NCBI GenBank assembly: GCA_963827655.1
Contig: CAWHCF010000036.1
Span: 1 to 64,000, forward strand
Direction: 5' to 3'
Length of the DNA: 64,000 nt
From: an uncultured Acidobacteriota bacterium
Lineage (GTDB): Bacteria > Acidobacteriota > UBA6911
Shown here: piece after piece, positions 40,565 through 50,490 of the stretch
Layout of the letters: each line of letters begins with the position of its first letter
Position numbering within the stretch: the first letter of the stretch is position 1
Translations under genes and position numbers: made by a program
The notes under the pieces: model-generated
Database searches by the model: none
Told to the model about the DNA's origin: nothing
What the model saw: only the letters and a program-made list of their open reading frames with translations

Positions 40565-40888
40565 TCAGGGTCGTGCCAACCGACCACCCTGGGCGGCTGC
40601 GTCCTTATCGTTCCCGTACGCGCGCATGCTTGCTGCGATGATGGCGTTCGAACGACTGCCTGAATTTTTCTCGTGTCCTGCGGATGGTAGTCTCGGGTTT
40701 CTCTCTGCGAACCCACGCCCCCAACGTCTCGGTCCAAATGTCCATTCTTTCCTCATTGCTGAGCTGCTGGCGCGCATGCGAATGGCCTCCTCCAGAAACT
40801 GCTTTTTCGTGATCGCCAGCCGCCGCGTCACTCTATCCAATTCATCCAGGACCGCTTCGTCGAGCCGAGCTGAGAAGATTTTCTCCAT
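40565..40888 (-). CDS. Ribbon-helix-helix antitoxin-like protein, orphan (probable frameshift ~40770)
   Basis: MEKIFSARLDE.V..EL.......ITKKQFLEEAI; shifted frame DIWTETLGAWVRREKPETTIRR.RE.F..SFERH. Confidence 0.6.
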   Translation of the reverse strand: MEKIFSARLDEAVLDELDRVTRRLAITKKQFLEEAIRMRASSSAMRKEWTFGPRRWGRGFAERNPRLPSAGHEKNSGSRSNAIIAASMRAYGNDKDAAAQGGRLARP

Positions 40889-41080
40889 TGGGTAAATCCT
40901 TTCTTACGTAAGTAACATAACGTAAGAACATCCGCCTTTTCAGCCCTCATCCAGCAATGGTTGCGTGATGTTCTTTGACAGCGAAGCAGAAGTAGAATAG
41001 TTCTCTCGCGCCTCATTTTTTGCAATTCATCTAAAGAAATGAACTGTAATGGTTAATCTTAATGTAAACGGAGGGTAATA

Positions 41081-41623
41081 ATGATTAAACGAAGCTGCGT
41101 CTTCTTCACCCTAGCGTTGATGGCCGCGTTGGTTACGCAGGTCGAAGCCAAAGTCGCGGATTCCAGCTCCGGCGGATTCACTATCAAGCACACCATGGAG
41201 GTCGAGGCTTCTCAGGCCGGGGCTTTCCAGGCGTTTGTCGAGAAGATCGGAGCCTGGTGGGATCCGCAACACACCTACTCCGGCAGCTCGGCCAATCTTT
41301 CAATCGATGCGCGGCCCAACGGCTGCTTCTGCGAAAAACTTCGATCTAACGGTGGGATCGCGCATATGACGGTCGTCTACGCGGATCCGGGCAGGATCCT
41401 TCGTATGTCCGGCGGTCTTGGACCTCTTCAGGCGTACGCGGTTTCGGCCGCCATGACGGTCCAGTTCAGCGAGGTTGCAAACCGAACCTTGGTCGATTTC
41501 ACCTATACGGTCGGCGGATACGTTCCGCAGGGGCTGGACAAGCTGGCGCCGATCGTCGACAAAGTACTGGTGGAGCAGATGGGTCGCTTCGAGCGGTTTG
41601 TGAAAACCGGGAAGCCGGAGTGA
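41081..41623 (+). CDS. Exported SRPBCC/START-fold protein
   Basis: Signal peptide; WW...HTYSG...NLSIDA....CFCEKL, H..VVY..PG..LR.SG.LGPLQ; RBS GGAGG. Confidence 0.75.
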   Translation: MIKRSCVFFTLALMAALVTQVEAKVADSSSGGFTIKHTMEVEASQAGAFQAFVEKIGAWWDPQHTYSGSSANLSIDARPNGCFCEKLRSNGGIAHMTVVYADPGRILRMSGGLGPLQAYAVSAAMTVQFSEVANRTLVDFTYTVGGYVPQGLDKLAPIVDKVLVEQMGRFERFVKTGKPE

Positions 41624-41712
41624 GCCGGATCCGCGCGGTTCGCAGCCCCTCGCTGAGTCGACATTTTTGATGTACCGGTGCTATGATGTAGGCGTCAAAA
41701 CCAGGCCGCAGA

Positions 41713-42057
41713 ATGGAAAATCAGATGAATCCTGTTGTCATCAGCACGATCATCGCGGCCGCCAGCTTTACTCTCACGATCTTCAGCGCCATCTACCTCA
41801 ACCAGCGTCACGTGGACAAGCTGATCGAGCAGCTCGAGAAAAGATTTGAGGCGCGCATTACCGGGACGGAGGGCCTCATCACAGGTCTGGAACAGAGGAT
41901 GGAGGCGCGGATCTTTGGCCTGGAGCAGACGATGAACGCGCGCTTCGACACGGTGAACGCACGTCTTGACGCCGTGGACAAGCGGTTGTCCGGGGTCGAA
42001 TCACGCCTGGATCGAATCGAACAGATTCTGTTCAAGCCCGTCTTGCCCGGCGCCTGA
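41713..42057 (+). CDS. Small membrane-anchored coiled-coil protein, paralog 1
   Basis: N-terminal hydrophobic helix, then 7/11-residue repeats (GLEQRMEARIF, GLEQTMNARFD). Confidence 0.7.
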   Translation: MENQMNPVVISTIIAAASFTLTIFSAIYLNQRHVDKLIEQLEKRFEARITGTEGLITGLEQRMEARIFGLEQTMNARFDTVNARLDAVDKRLSGVESRLDRIEQILFKPVLPGA

Positions 42058-44215
42058 CGGTCTCGCTTCCATGCCTCAAACCCTCTAAAATGACGCAGCC
42101 TTCACTTAGCGCGAGGCAGGCAAGCTGCTGGACGGGTCGCCCTCGATTCCGGTTTCCCTTCAAGTAGCGGTTCCACCACTTGAGCTCGTTGATCATGCGG
42201 TGCACGTTGTTCCAGTGGCCGCCGATGCCATGGGGCTGACCGGCATACTGGATCATCTTGGCCGGAATGCCGCGTCGCTTGAGGGCGAAGTACATCTGCT
42301 CGGCTTCTTCATACGGGACGCGCTGGTCGACCTCGCCGTGAACGAAGAGCGTCGGGGTTTTCACGCTTCCGGCATACGCGAGCGGCGACTGCCTGATCAT
42401 GCGGTCGCGGGCCTCCTGATCCCAGGGCGTGCCGTAGAACTCGGTTTCCTTGGTCCGGTAGATGTCGGCCGTCCCATAGTCGCTGATCCAGTTCGAAATT
42501 CCGGCGCCGGTAATGGCGGCAGCGAAGCGGTCCGGGTACTGGGTGATCAGCCAGTTGGTCATGAACCCGCCGTAGGAATGACCGGTATGGCCGACTCGCT
42601 TCGGATCGATCGGGTAGTTCTTGAGGACGTAGTCGATCCCCGATACCACGTCTTCGCCGTCCTTCTTCCCCCACTCACCCCAGGTCGCCCACTTGAAAGC
42701 CTCGCCGTATCCGGTCGAGCCGCGGAAGTTAGTGTCGAGCACGAAGTATCCGTTGGCCGCGAAATACTGCTTCTTGAAGTCGAAGCTGTATCCCGTGGCC
42801 GAATGGGGCCCGCCGTGGCTTGTGACGATCAGCGGATAGGTACCCCGGGCCCGATCATATCCGTACGGATATAGCAGCCAGCCTTCGATCTCGGTTCCGT
42901 CATGGCTCTTCCAGCGCAACCGGTCTGCGTTGCTGAGCCCGATCTCCGCGAGGATGGCTTTGTGGACTTCGGAGACCCGGCGCTCGCTCGTCCCATCGAT
43001 GGCGGCAACGTACACCTCCGGCGGCGCCGCGTGCGTTTCGACCGTGTAGGCCATCCGCTTTGAGCTTTTGTCGATGCTGATGCCGCTGAGCCGGCGCTCG
43101 CCTTTCGTGACCTGCTCGACGCGGCCTGCCGGCACCGAAACGCGGAACAAATTGTGCTCGCCGCCGATTTCGGCCGTGAAATAGACGGACTGACTGTCCG
43201 GCGACCAGCGTGGGCCGCGAGGCTCGAGATCCCAGGCCGCCGTCAGGTTGATCGGTTCCCCTCCCTGTGCGGGCCGGACGAAGAGATCTCTGGGGCCGCC
43301 ATGATTCAGCCTCTGCTGGATTACCATGTCGGTGCCATGGCCGCGAATGTAGGAGAGATACCTGCCGTCCGGCGAGAAATCCGGGCTGCCATAGGTGTAA
43401 AGATCATCCGTCAGCCGGTTTACCTTTCCTTCCGGAGTGACGGTCCACAGGTTCGGGCACTCATACTTCAACTCGTCCCGCCAGTGGGAGTCGGCAGTGA
43501 AGGCCAGGAGCTGTCCATCGGGATGCCAGATAATGTCCGCAGGCCGCAGGTCCAGGTTTGTGAGTATCCTTTCCTGGCCCCCCGTCACGGGCCGGATCAC
43601 GATCTGCGCAGCCGGGCGGGCGCGCAGGTTCGGTGCGGGAAACGGCACGCCGTCCCGCTGGAAGTCCTTCCAGTCGAAGATCACGCCTTTGAACCGCTCC
43701 TCGTGCCGTCGCTCGAATTCGCTTGCGTATACCGGGTCCTGACGGCGCTTCGGCTCATCCCTGACCACCGCGATCCATTTTCCGTCGCGGCTCACCGTGC
43801 CGGCCGGCAGGCGTTCAATCCTCAGCGGAGGCGCCAGAGGGGCGTCGGGATTCATGCTCCATTGCTGCCGGTACGCCGAATACTGGAGCCGGTCATCGGC
43901 CGTCCAGAGCGTCTCCGCCACGTCCTTCCCGTAGTGCAGAACCCGCCACGGCTGCGCCGTCCCGTCAGTCGGGACGAGGTACGTTTCGGTCCTTGTGCTG
44001 TTGTCTTCCTCGATCCGGGTCGCGACCGAGAACGCCACCCAATTGCCATTCGGCGAAATCTTGACGTTCCCTACCGTCTGGATGCGGTAGTAATCCTCGA
44101 TCGTGAGCGCCCGGCGCGACCCGGCTGGCCGCTGAGCTCCGCCGTCGAGCGTCAGGCACAACAAAAGGACTCCGTTCGACAGGAAACAGAATCGGGCACG
44201 CATGTATCGCGCCAT
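42032..44215 (-). CDS. S9 family (prolyl oligopeptidase/acylaminoacyl) peptidase
   Basis: HGGPH, NFRGSTGYG, GHSYGG nucleophile, HGEVDQRVP, PHG; beta-propeller N-terminus. Confidence 0.92.
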   Translation of the reverse strand: MARYMRARFCFLSNGVLLLCLTLDGGAQRPAGSRRALTIEDYYRIQTVGNVKISPNGNWVAFSVATRIEEDNSTRTETYLVPTDGTAQPWRVLHYGKDVAETLWTADDRLQYSAYRQQWSMNPDAPLAPPLRIERLPAGTVSRDGKWIAVVRDEPKRRQDPVYASEFERRHEERFKGVIFDWKDFQRDGVPFPAPNLRARPAAQIVIRPVTGGQERILTNLDLRPADIIWHPDGQLLAFTADSHWRDELKYECPNLWTVTPEGKVNRLTDDLYTYGSPDFSPDGRYLSYIRGHGTDMVIQQRLNHGGPRDLFVRPAQGGEPINLTAAWDLEPRGPRWSPDSQSVYFTAEIGGEHNLFRVSVPAGRVEQVTKGERRLSGISIDKSSKRMAYTVETHAAPPEVYVAAIDGTSERRVSEVHKAILAEIGLSNADRLRWKSHDGTEIEGWLLYPYGYDRARGTYPLIVTSHGGPHSATGYSFDFKKQYFAANGYFVLDTNFRGSTGYGEAFKWATWGEWGKKDGEDVVSGIDYVLKNYPIDPKRVGHTGHSYGGFMTNWLITQYPDRFAAAITGAGISNWISDYGTADIYRTKETEFYGTPWDQEARDRMIRQSPLAYAGSVKTPTLFVHGEVDQRVPYEEAEQMYFALKRRGIPAKMIQYAGQPHGIGGHWNNVHRMINELKWWNRYLKGNRNRGRPVQQLACLALSEGCVILEGLRHGSETVRRRARRA

Positions 44216-44426
44216 AACCTCCTCCGGTTCGCTGGATGCCTCACAAGACGAGAGCAGTATCGGCGGATCTTAGCACAACCGCCCGGCAGGTTGGGCTACC
44301 CACAGAACCCAGACGGACTGTGTCACTCCAGGCCATCCCCCAATTTTTTCACAGATGACGAGAATGAGCGGTGCTATGATGAACACCAGGAATCAGGAGT
44401 CAACCCGGGCCGCAAAAGGAAATGAC

Positions 44427-44795
44427 ATGAATCCGGTTGTCATCAGCACCATCATAGCGGCCGCCAGTTTTATTCTCACCATCTACAGCGCGATCTACCT
44501 CAACCAGCGTCACGTGGACAAGCTGGTCGAGCAGCTTGAGAAGAGATTTGAAGCGCGCATCACAGGGCTGGCGCAGACCACAGAGGCACGCATTGCCGGC
44601 CTGGCGCAGACCACGGAGGCACGCATTGCCGGCCTGGAACAGACGATGAACGCTCGCTTTGACGCAGTGAATGCCCGCTTCGAGAAGATGGAGCAGATCA
44701 TGAATGCCCGCTTCGAGAAGTTGGAGCAGATCATGAACGCCCGCTTCCACGCGGTCGAGTCACGCCTGGATCGGATTGAACAGATTGCCTTCTAG
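44427..44795 (+). CDS. Small membrane-anchored coiled-coil protein, paralog 2, with 33-bp tandem repeats
   Basis: MNPVVISTIIAAASF.LTI.SAIYLNQRHVDKL shared with paralog 1; GLAQTTEARIA x2 and K(M/L)EQIMNARF x2. Confidence 0.7.
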   Translation: MNPVVISTIIAAASFILTIYSAIYLNQRHVDKLVEQLEKRFEARITGLAQTTEARIAGLAQTTEARIAGLEQTMNARFDAVNARFEKMEQIMNARFEKLEQIMNARFHAVESRLDRIEQIAF

Positions 44796-45129
44796 CCCGC
44801 CCCGCCTGGCGCCAAGCGTGTAACACGCAATCCGTTACCACGCCACTTCCTTCCCGAAAAAAAGTGAAAGGGTAGCCTGTCACCGATTTTCGTTTCCATT
44901 AAGATGCTTCGCGTTTCTTCGAGTCTTTGCGCCTTAGTGGTTGGTTCTTGTTCCCGCGCACCGACCACGAAGACGCGGTAGCGATTTTTCCGATTGAGAT
45001 CAACCCCCAAAGTCGCTAACCTCTCCCTCAGAGTAAACTCCAGTTGATTGATTCGATTCCCGCGCGACGGGTAGATCGTTGCGCGACCGGGTGGGGTGAT
45101 CACACCAACTACTCGAAGGGGAGGATCCC

Positions 45130-46035
45130 ATGATAAGACGCAGAGAGTTTTTCGCGCTTGCAGCCGCGCTGCCGGCCAGCGCGCTACGCGGCGTCGAGAC
45201 CGGCAAGATTCCGGCCCGCAAGGCAGGAAAAGTGGAGACTGTCTTCAAGTCACCTGGCCCGAAGCCGAACGGGTTGCAAGCGACAAGCGACGGATTGTGG
45301 ATCATCGACCAGGGCGATAACCGAGCATACCTGGTCAGCTACAACGACGGCAAGGTCCTGCGTGCCTTCGATACGGAAGGGGACAGAGCCAGCGGCATCA
45401 CCTTTTACGGCGATGCCATCTGGATCGCCTCGACCTATAGCCGTGAGATCATCCAGTCCCAGGCTATGACGGGCAAGACGATAGCCAAGCACTTCACTCC
45501 CGGAGCAGGCGTCATTTACCGCATGGTTGGAGATCCGCCAAGCCGGAGCAGCCCGCTCGCCTCGGCGTCGGCCGCGGCGCAGCAACCAAGAGAGAGCCAG
45601 CAGCAAGGGCAGGGCCTGGGCTCAGGTCAGGGTTCGGGTCAAGGTCAGGGAGTCGGGGGATTCCAGCAGGGACAAGTGCTGGGGAGCAAGGCGCTCGGAA
45701 CCGGCGCGCACGGCCTTGAGTGGAGAGAAGGCAAACTGTGGGTCGCTGTCCCTCCTTCGCGCACCATCTATCGCCTCAATCCCAAGGACTGGATCGTCGA
45801 ACTCAAGTTCCCGACCGTAGGCAACCGCCCGCACGGAATCGGATGGGAGGGCAAATGGCTGTGGTGTGCCGACTCCAATCTGAACGCCTTCTTCAAGCAC
45901 GACCCGGAAACCGGTGAGGTGGTCGAGAAGATTCAGCTCGCTGACAAGGATCCCCTGCCGCACGGCATGACGATCTGGCAAGGAATGATGTGGTATTGCG
46001 ACGACGTCGGCGTAGTCTGCCGGCTCAAGATGTAG
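45130..46035 (+). CDS. Tat-exported beta-propeller-like hypothetical protein
   Basis: RRREF motif; repeated P(N/H)G..W.G..LW..D units; Q/G-rich insert. Confidence 0.65.
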   Translation: MIRRREFFALAAALPASALRGVETGKIPARKAGKVETVFKSPGPKPNGLQATSDGLWIIDQGDNRAYLVSYNDGKVLRAFDTEGDRASGITFYGDAIWIASTYSREIIQSQAMTGKTIAKHFTPGAGVIYRMVGDPPSRSSPLASASAAAQQPRESQQQGQGLGSGQGSGQGQGVGGFQQGQVLGSKALGTGAHGLEWREGKLWVAVPPSRTIYRLNPKDWIVELKFPTVGNRPHGIGWEGKWLWCADSNLNAFFKHDPETGEVVEKIQLADKDPLPHGMTIWQGMMWYCDDVGVVCRLKM

Positions 46036-46088
46036 ACCGTACAATCATCAAGACGGTAACACAGGGAAAGTATCCATTAGGAGGACTT

Positions 46089-49000
46089 ATGAACCTGCCT
46101 GTAAAGAAGGTTGCAGCGCTTGTATTGTTTCTGCCCTGCTGCGCGCTCCTGGCTCAGATCACACTCTCCACGATACGTGGAAGTGCTACCGACCCCACCG
46201 GTGCCGTCATGGTCAATGCCTCGATCAGCCTGACCAACGTGGATACAGGCGCCAAACGGGACGTGAGTCACCGACCCGAGCGGGAACTTCGAGATACCGG
46301 ATTTGCCCCGGGGCAAGTACCGGCTTGTCGCCAATGCGCCCGGCTTCAAGACATTTGTCGCCGATGACATTCTGCTGGAGGGGAACCAGATTCGAAGAAT
46401 CAACCTCAGCTTCGAACTGGGAACGGTCGGCACCGAGGTCAGCGTCACCGCCGGCGCCGCGATCATTACCACGGATTCTGCGAAGATCCAGGGCTTCGTG
46501 AACATAAACAAACATTTTGATAACCCGTGGGTCGCGGCAGAGGCGAACCTGGACCATAGCCTGTACATCACGACTTTGCCCCTGGTTCAGCAGGCAGGCG
46601 GGGTGTGGAGCACGCGGGTCTCGGGTCAGCCGTCGAACCAGGTACAGATGGGCCAGGACGGTCACACCAACGATAACGCCGTCAACCAGCTCAACGACAT
46701 CCTTGACACCCAGGAGGTGCAGGTCACGGCGGTCAGCAATTCGGCGGAGTTTGCCCGCGTCGGCTACTTGAACCTGGTGACCAAGTCCGGATCCAACCAA
46801 TTCCACGGACGCTTCGCATACTGGCACCAGAACTCGGCCCTCGGGGCCCGGGAGTTCTTCGAAGGAAGCGACAAATACAATAAGTTGGTTCACACGACCA
46901 GCATCAGCATGTCGGGTCCGATCAGGAAAGATAAGACCTTCTTCTACGCCTCCTGGAACAACCTGAAGGAGCCGAGCGAGCAGTTCTATCTGCGGGACGT
47001 CCCCACGCAACAGATGCGAGGCGGCGATTTCTCGCAATTGCTGAGCACCAGCCGGCCGACCGTCGTCCGGGACCCGATGACCGGCAATCCATTTCCAGGG
47101 AACATCATTCCATCCACGCGGCTGAGTCCGCTTTCGTTGCGAGTCAACGAAAAATACCTTCCGCCACCCAACCGGGGGACCCCCGCTGACCTGTCGAGCA
47201 ACCATGCGTTCGTCTTCCCGTTTCCCTATGACTACGCCCTCCGACGCGACCTCACCCAGCGGATCGACCATAACTTCACCAGCAAGAACCGCCTGATGGC
47301 GCGATTCATCGAAAACCTCGACAACTACGTGTTGCCCGGCAGCTTCGACACGCTCTCCCGAACCAGGCAGCGCTGGAACGTTCACATGGTCATCGAAGAC
47401 ACTCATGTGTTCTCGCCCACGATCGTGAACACCTTCCGGTGGGGCCTTTACCAGGAGAAGGTCACCGATGGGATTCCCCTGTACGGGGTGACTCCGGTCA
47501 AGGGTGACGAGGTAGTGGCGGAGCTGGGGTTGCAGGGAGTCAATTCGCAAGGGCTCAGTGAAATGGGATTCCCGCAGATGAACATCTCCGGCTACCCGAT
47601 CCTGAACATTTCGCCCGGAGGTGTGCCGCAGGATGATTACAACTGGGGTTACGCCGATACGGTGACCTGGTCCAAGGGACGGCATGTCATCAAGTTCGGC
47701 GGCGAATACAAGCCGCAAAACCGCCTCGTTAACGTCGTGCCGACCGGGAACTACGGCGACTTCACCTTCAACGGGACGTTTACCGGATATGGTTACTCCG
47801 ATTTCCTGCTGGGGATTCCGTTCAGTAGTGCACGGCTCGATCCTCTGACCAACCGGTGGCGCGACGACAAGGAACTCGGCTTTTTCATTGCCGATGACTT
47901 CAAGGTCAGTAACCGAGTGACCGTGAATTTCGGGTTGAGGTGGGACCGGTTCGGAGCGCCCTCGCTCCGCGATGGACTGATGTGGAACTGGGACACGGCG
48001 ACCGGCAACATCGTCATTCCTTCGGGCACGGAAAGTCAGGTGCGCCCGGTGTACCCGAAAAACATCAACATCGTAGCCGGACAGGTGACTCAGAACCCGG
48101 ACAACGGGAACTTCGCGCCTCGGATCGGTGTCGCCTGGCGGCCCTTCGGTGAGAACACCGTGATCCGCGGGGGTTACGGTCTCTATAACGAGACCATCGG
48201 CCGGTACTCGCGCCTGAACACGGGCGGACCGTTCGAGATCGCCGAGACCTATCTTAACTCGATCCAGAACGGCGTTCCGTTGTTTACGTTCCCGAATCCC
48301 TTTCCTGGTTCCAGCGCGACGATTCCGTCGCAGAACGTTACCGGCTACCCGCTCGACACGAGGCACGGCCAGATTCACCAGTACAACGTGACCGTGGAGC
48401 ATCAGATCCGCGACATAGGAGTTCGGCTAAGCTACGTCGGCTCGCGCAGCCGGAACCTGAACTACAGTCTGGCGATCAATAAACCGGAGCCCAGTTCGAC
48501 TCCATTCACACAGTCCCGCCGTCCGTGGCCGCAGTTCGTGGGCGGGACCTACTTCCGGAACGACGGCGCGGCCAATTTCAACGCGATGACCGTCGAAGTG
48601 ACCAAGAGAGTGGGTGCCTTGACCTTCAACGGTCACTACACCCTGGCTTCAAACTACAACAACATGCTTAACTTCGAGAATCCCTATGGCGAGCTCGCAT
48701 TCGGCCGCGATGAGTTCACGACGCGCGACCGGGCTGTGATAAGCGCAGTCTGGGAGATTCCGGTGGGAAGGGGACGCCGCTACATGTCCGATGCTCCTGC
48801 TGTGGCCAACCAATTCCTCGGAGGATGGCAACTCTACTGGATTGCCTACCTGGAGAGCGGCTGGTACTTCTCACCCACGTTCTCGGGAAGCGACCCGTCC
48901 AACACCAATACCAGCGGTGGGCGGCCGGACCGCGTCTGCAACGGCAACCTGCCTTCGGGTGAACGAAGCATCAGCCGGTGGTTCGACGCCGTCGTGCTTC

Positions 49001-49276
49001 GCCGTGCCTCCCTCCGGCCGCTTCGGTAACAGCGGCTCGGACGTCCTGGAGGGGCCGGGCTACCATATGCACCACATCTCCTTCGCGAAGAACTTCGATT
49101 TGACCGAGCGGCTCAAGTTCACCTTCACGATGTCGGCGGCGAACGCGTTCAACCACCCGAATTTCGCGAGGCCCAGTGCGAACATTTCAACGCAGGGGAG
49201 CGTTGGCGTAGTCAGCGCCCTGCGCGCGGGCGCGGCGGCCCGCCGCATCGAGTTTCGCGGCCGCTTCGACTTCTGA
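46089..49276 (+). CDS. TonB-dependent receptor-like protein (frameshifts ~46270 and ~48990)
   Basis: STIRGSATDPTGAV, SAEFA..G..NLVTKSGSNQFHG, NFAPRIG.AW, GRFGNSG, NAFNHPNF, terminal FDF. Confidence 0.85.
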
Positions 49277-50227
49277 GCCGATTTCAGGTTGCGCGGGGGA
49301 GGCTGGCGCTCCGCGTTGGGCGCGAGTCCCGTAACCGGGACGTGCCCGGACGCGCCAGCGCCCCCCGTGAACCTTTACCTCAATACGTCGATATTCGCCT
49401 GCCGTCAGCGGCCGCGAGGGCTGGTAGGCGAGAGTGTACTGTGTCCGGAGATCGGTCGTGATGCGGTCGATCGTGCGGCGCAGGTCCTGGTCCGAGCGGG
49501 GAAAGAACGCCTCGGCTCCCGACTCCTTCGCCAGGCGCTGAAAGACGACCCGGGGATTGTCGATCTGCTGACCGTTGATCAGCGAGATCTTCGCGGGTCC
49601 GGTGTGAAATATCGCCTCTTCCTCCTTGCTGAAGTATCCGATGCCGTAAAGCTGAACCTGGGACTCCTGGACGGCGCGCACCACCTCCTCGAGCGTATGA
49701 AGGCTGTGCTGGTCCGAACCGTCGGAGAAAACGACCAGCGCGCGGCGCGCGTGGCTTGCGCCTGCTGCGCGCGACAATCCCACCAGGATGGCATCGTAGA
49801 GACTCGTCCCGCCGCCGAGCGTAGTCGCGGAAATCTCCTGCTCGACCCGGAGGCGGTCGGTGTGGTCGCCGACCGTGCCGCGCACCTCGTGGTCGAAAGG
49901 GAGGTACGCGAAGGCGCTTTCCGGCCGGGCAGCCCTGACCAGGGCGACGGCAGCCTCCTTGGCGCGCTCGAGCTTGGCGTTCTCGCTCATGCTCTCGCTT
50001 CGGTCGAGCAGGATGCCGAGCGCGATCGGCTGCTCCTCGTTCGAGAAGGACTCAATCTTCTGGACAACGCCGTCTTCGTAAAGGGTGAAGTTTCGCTGGC
50101 CGAGCCCGGCGACCTCACGGCCGCTGCGCTCCGCGACCCGCACTCCGACCGTAACCAGCCCCACCTCGACGCGGATCGACATTTCCTGAGCAGCCGCGAG
50201 GACGAGCACCAAAGCCGCTAATCTCAT
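49187..50227 (-). CDS. Acidobacterial VWFA-related (VWA domain) protein; 3' end uncertain
   Basis: IRVEV.LV.V.V.V....G..V.GL....F...EDG..Q.I..F; DRSES MIDAS, T.LYDAI, SDGSD, LA.ESG, LRTQYTLAY, VRARPGY. Confidence 0.85.
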   Translation of the reverse strand: MRLAALVLVLAAAQEMSIRVEVGLVTVGVRVAERSGREVAGLGQRNFTLYEDGVVQKIESFSNEEQPIALGILLDRSESMSENAKLERAKEAAVALVRAARPESAFAYLPFDHEVRGTVGDHTDRLRVEQEISATTLGGGTSLYDAILVGLSRAAGASHARRALVVFSDGSDQHSLHTLEEVVRAVQESQVQLYGIGYFSKEEEAIFHTGPAKISLINGQQIDNPRVVFQRLAKESGAEAFFPRSDQDLRRTIDRITTDLRTQYTLAYQPSRPLTAGEYRRIEVKVHGGRWRVRARPGYGTRAQRGAPASPAQPEIGSEVEAAAKLDAAGRRARAQGADYANAPLR

Positions 50228-50257
50228 CTGTTATCGTCTTTGCGCCTTCCCGTCTTA

Positions 50258-50490
50258 GGGCTCGCGCAAAAATAACTTCACATTCTGGCGCGAGAGTCGG
50301 TGGTCAATCATGAACCGGTTTCTGTTAGCCAACCACGCTGAGGATCACGCCCCTTCGGGCTGCGGCCCGCAGGCCCGCTGGCTTTGTTGCTCGCTCCTCA
50401 CGTACCGCACCGGGTACGCATCGTCGCTCGCGCCTCGCCAGCGGGCCTGGGGGCCTGCAGCAGAATGCGAACTTATTTCTGCGCGAACCC
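50258..50490. mobile_element. 233-bp MITE-like element with 30-bp terminal inverted repeats and TTA target duplication
   Basis: Left GGGCTCGCGCAAAAATAACTTCACATTCTG versus right reverse complement GGGTTCGCGCAGAAATAAGTTCGCATTCTG (26/30); TTA at 50255-57 and 50491-93; internal palindrome. Confidence 0.8.

Noticed and set aside
45595-45660. QG/GSG low-complexity repeat
   Set aside because: A short flexible linker in a coding region; no evidence of a separate element.
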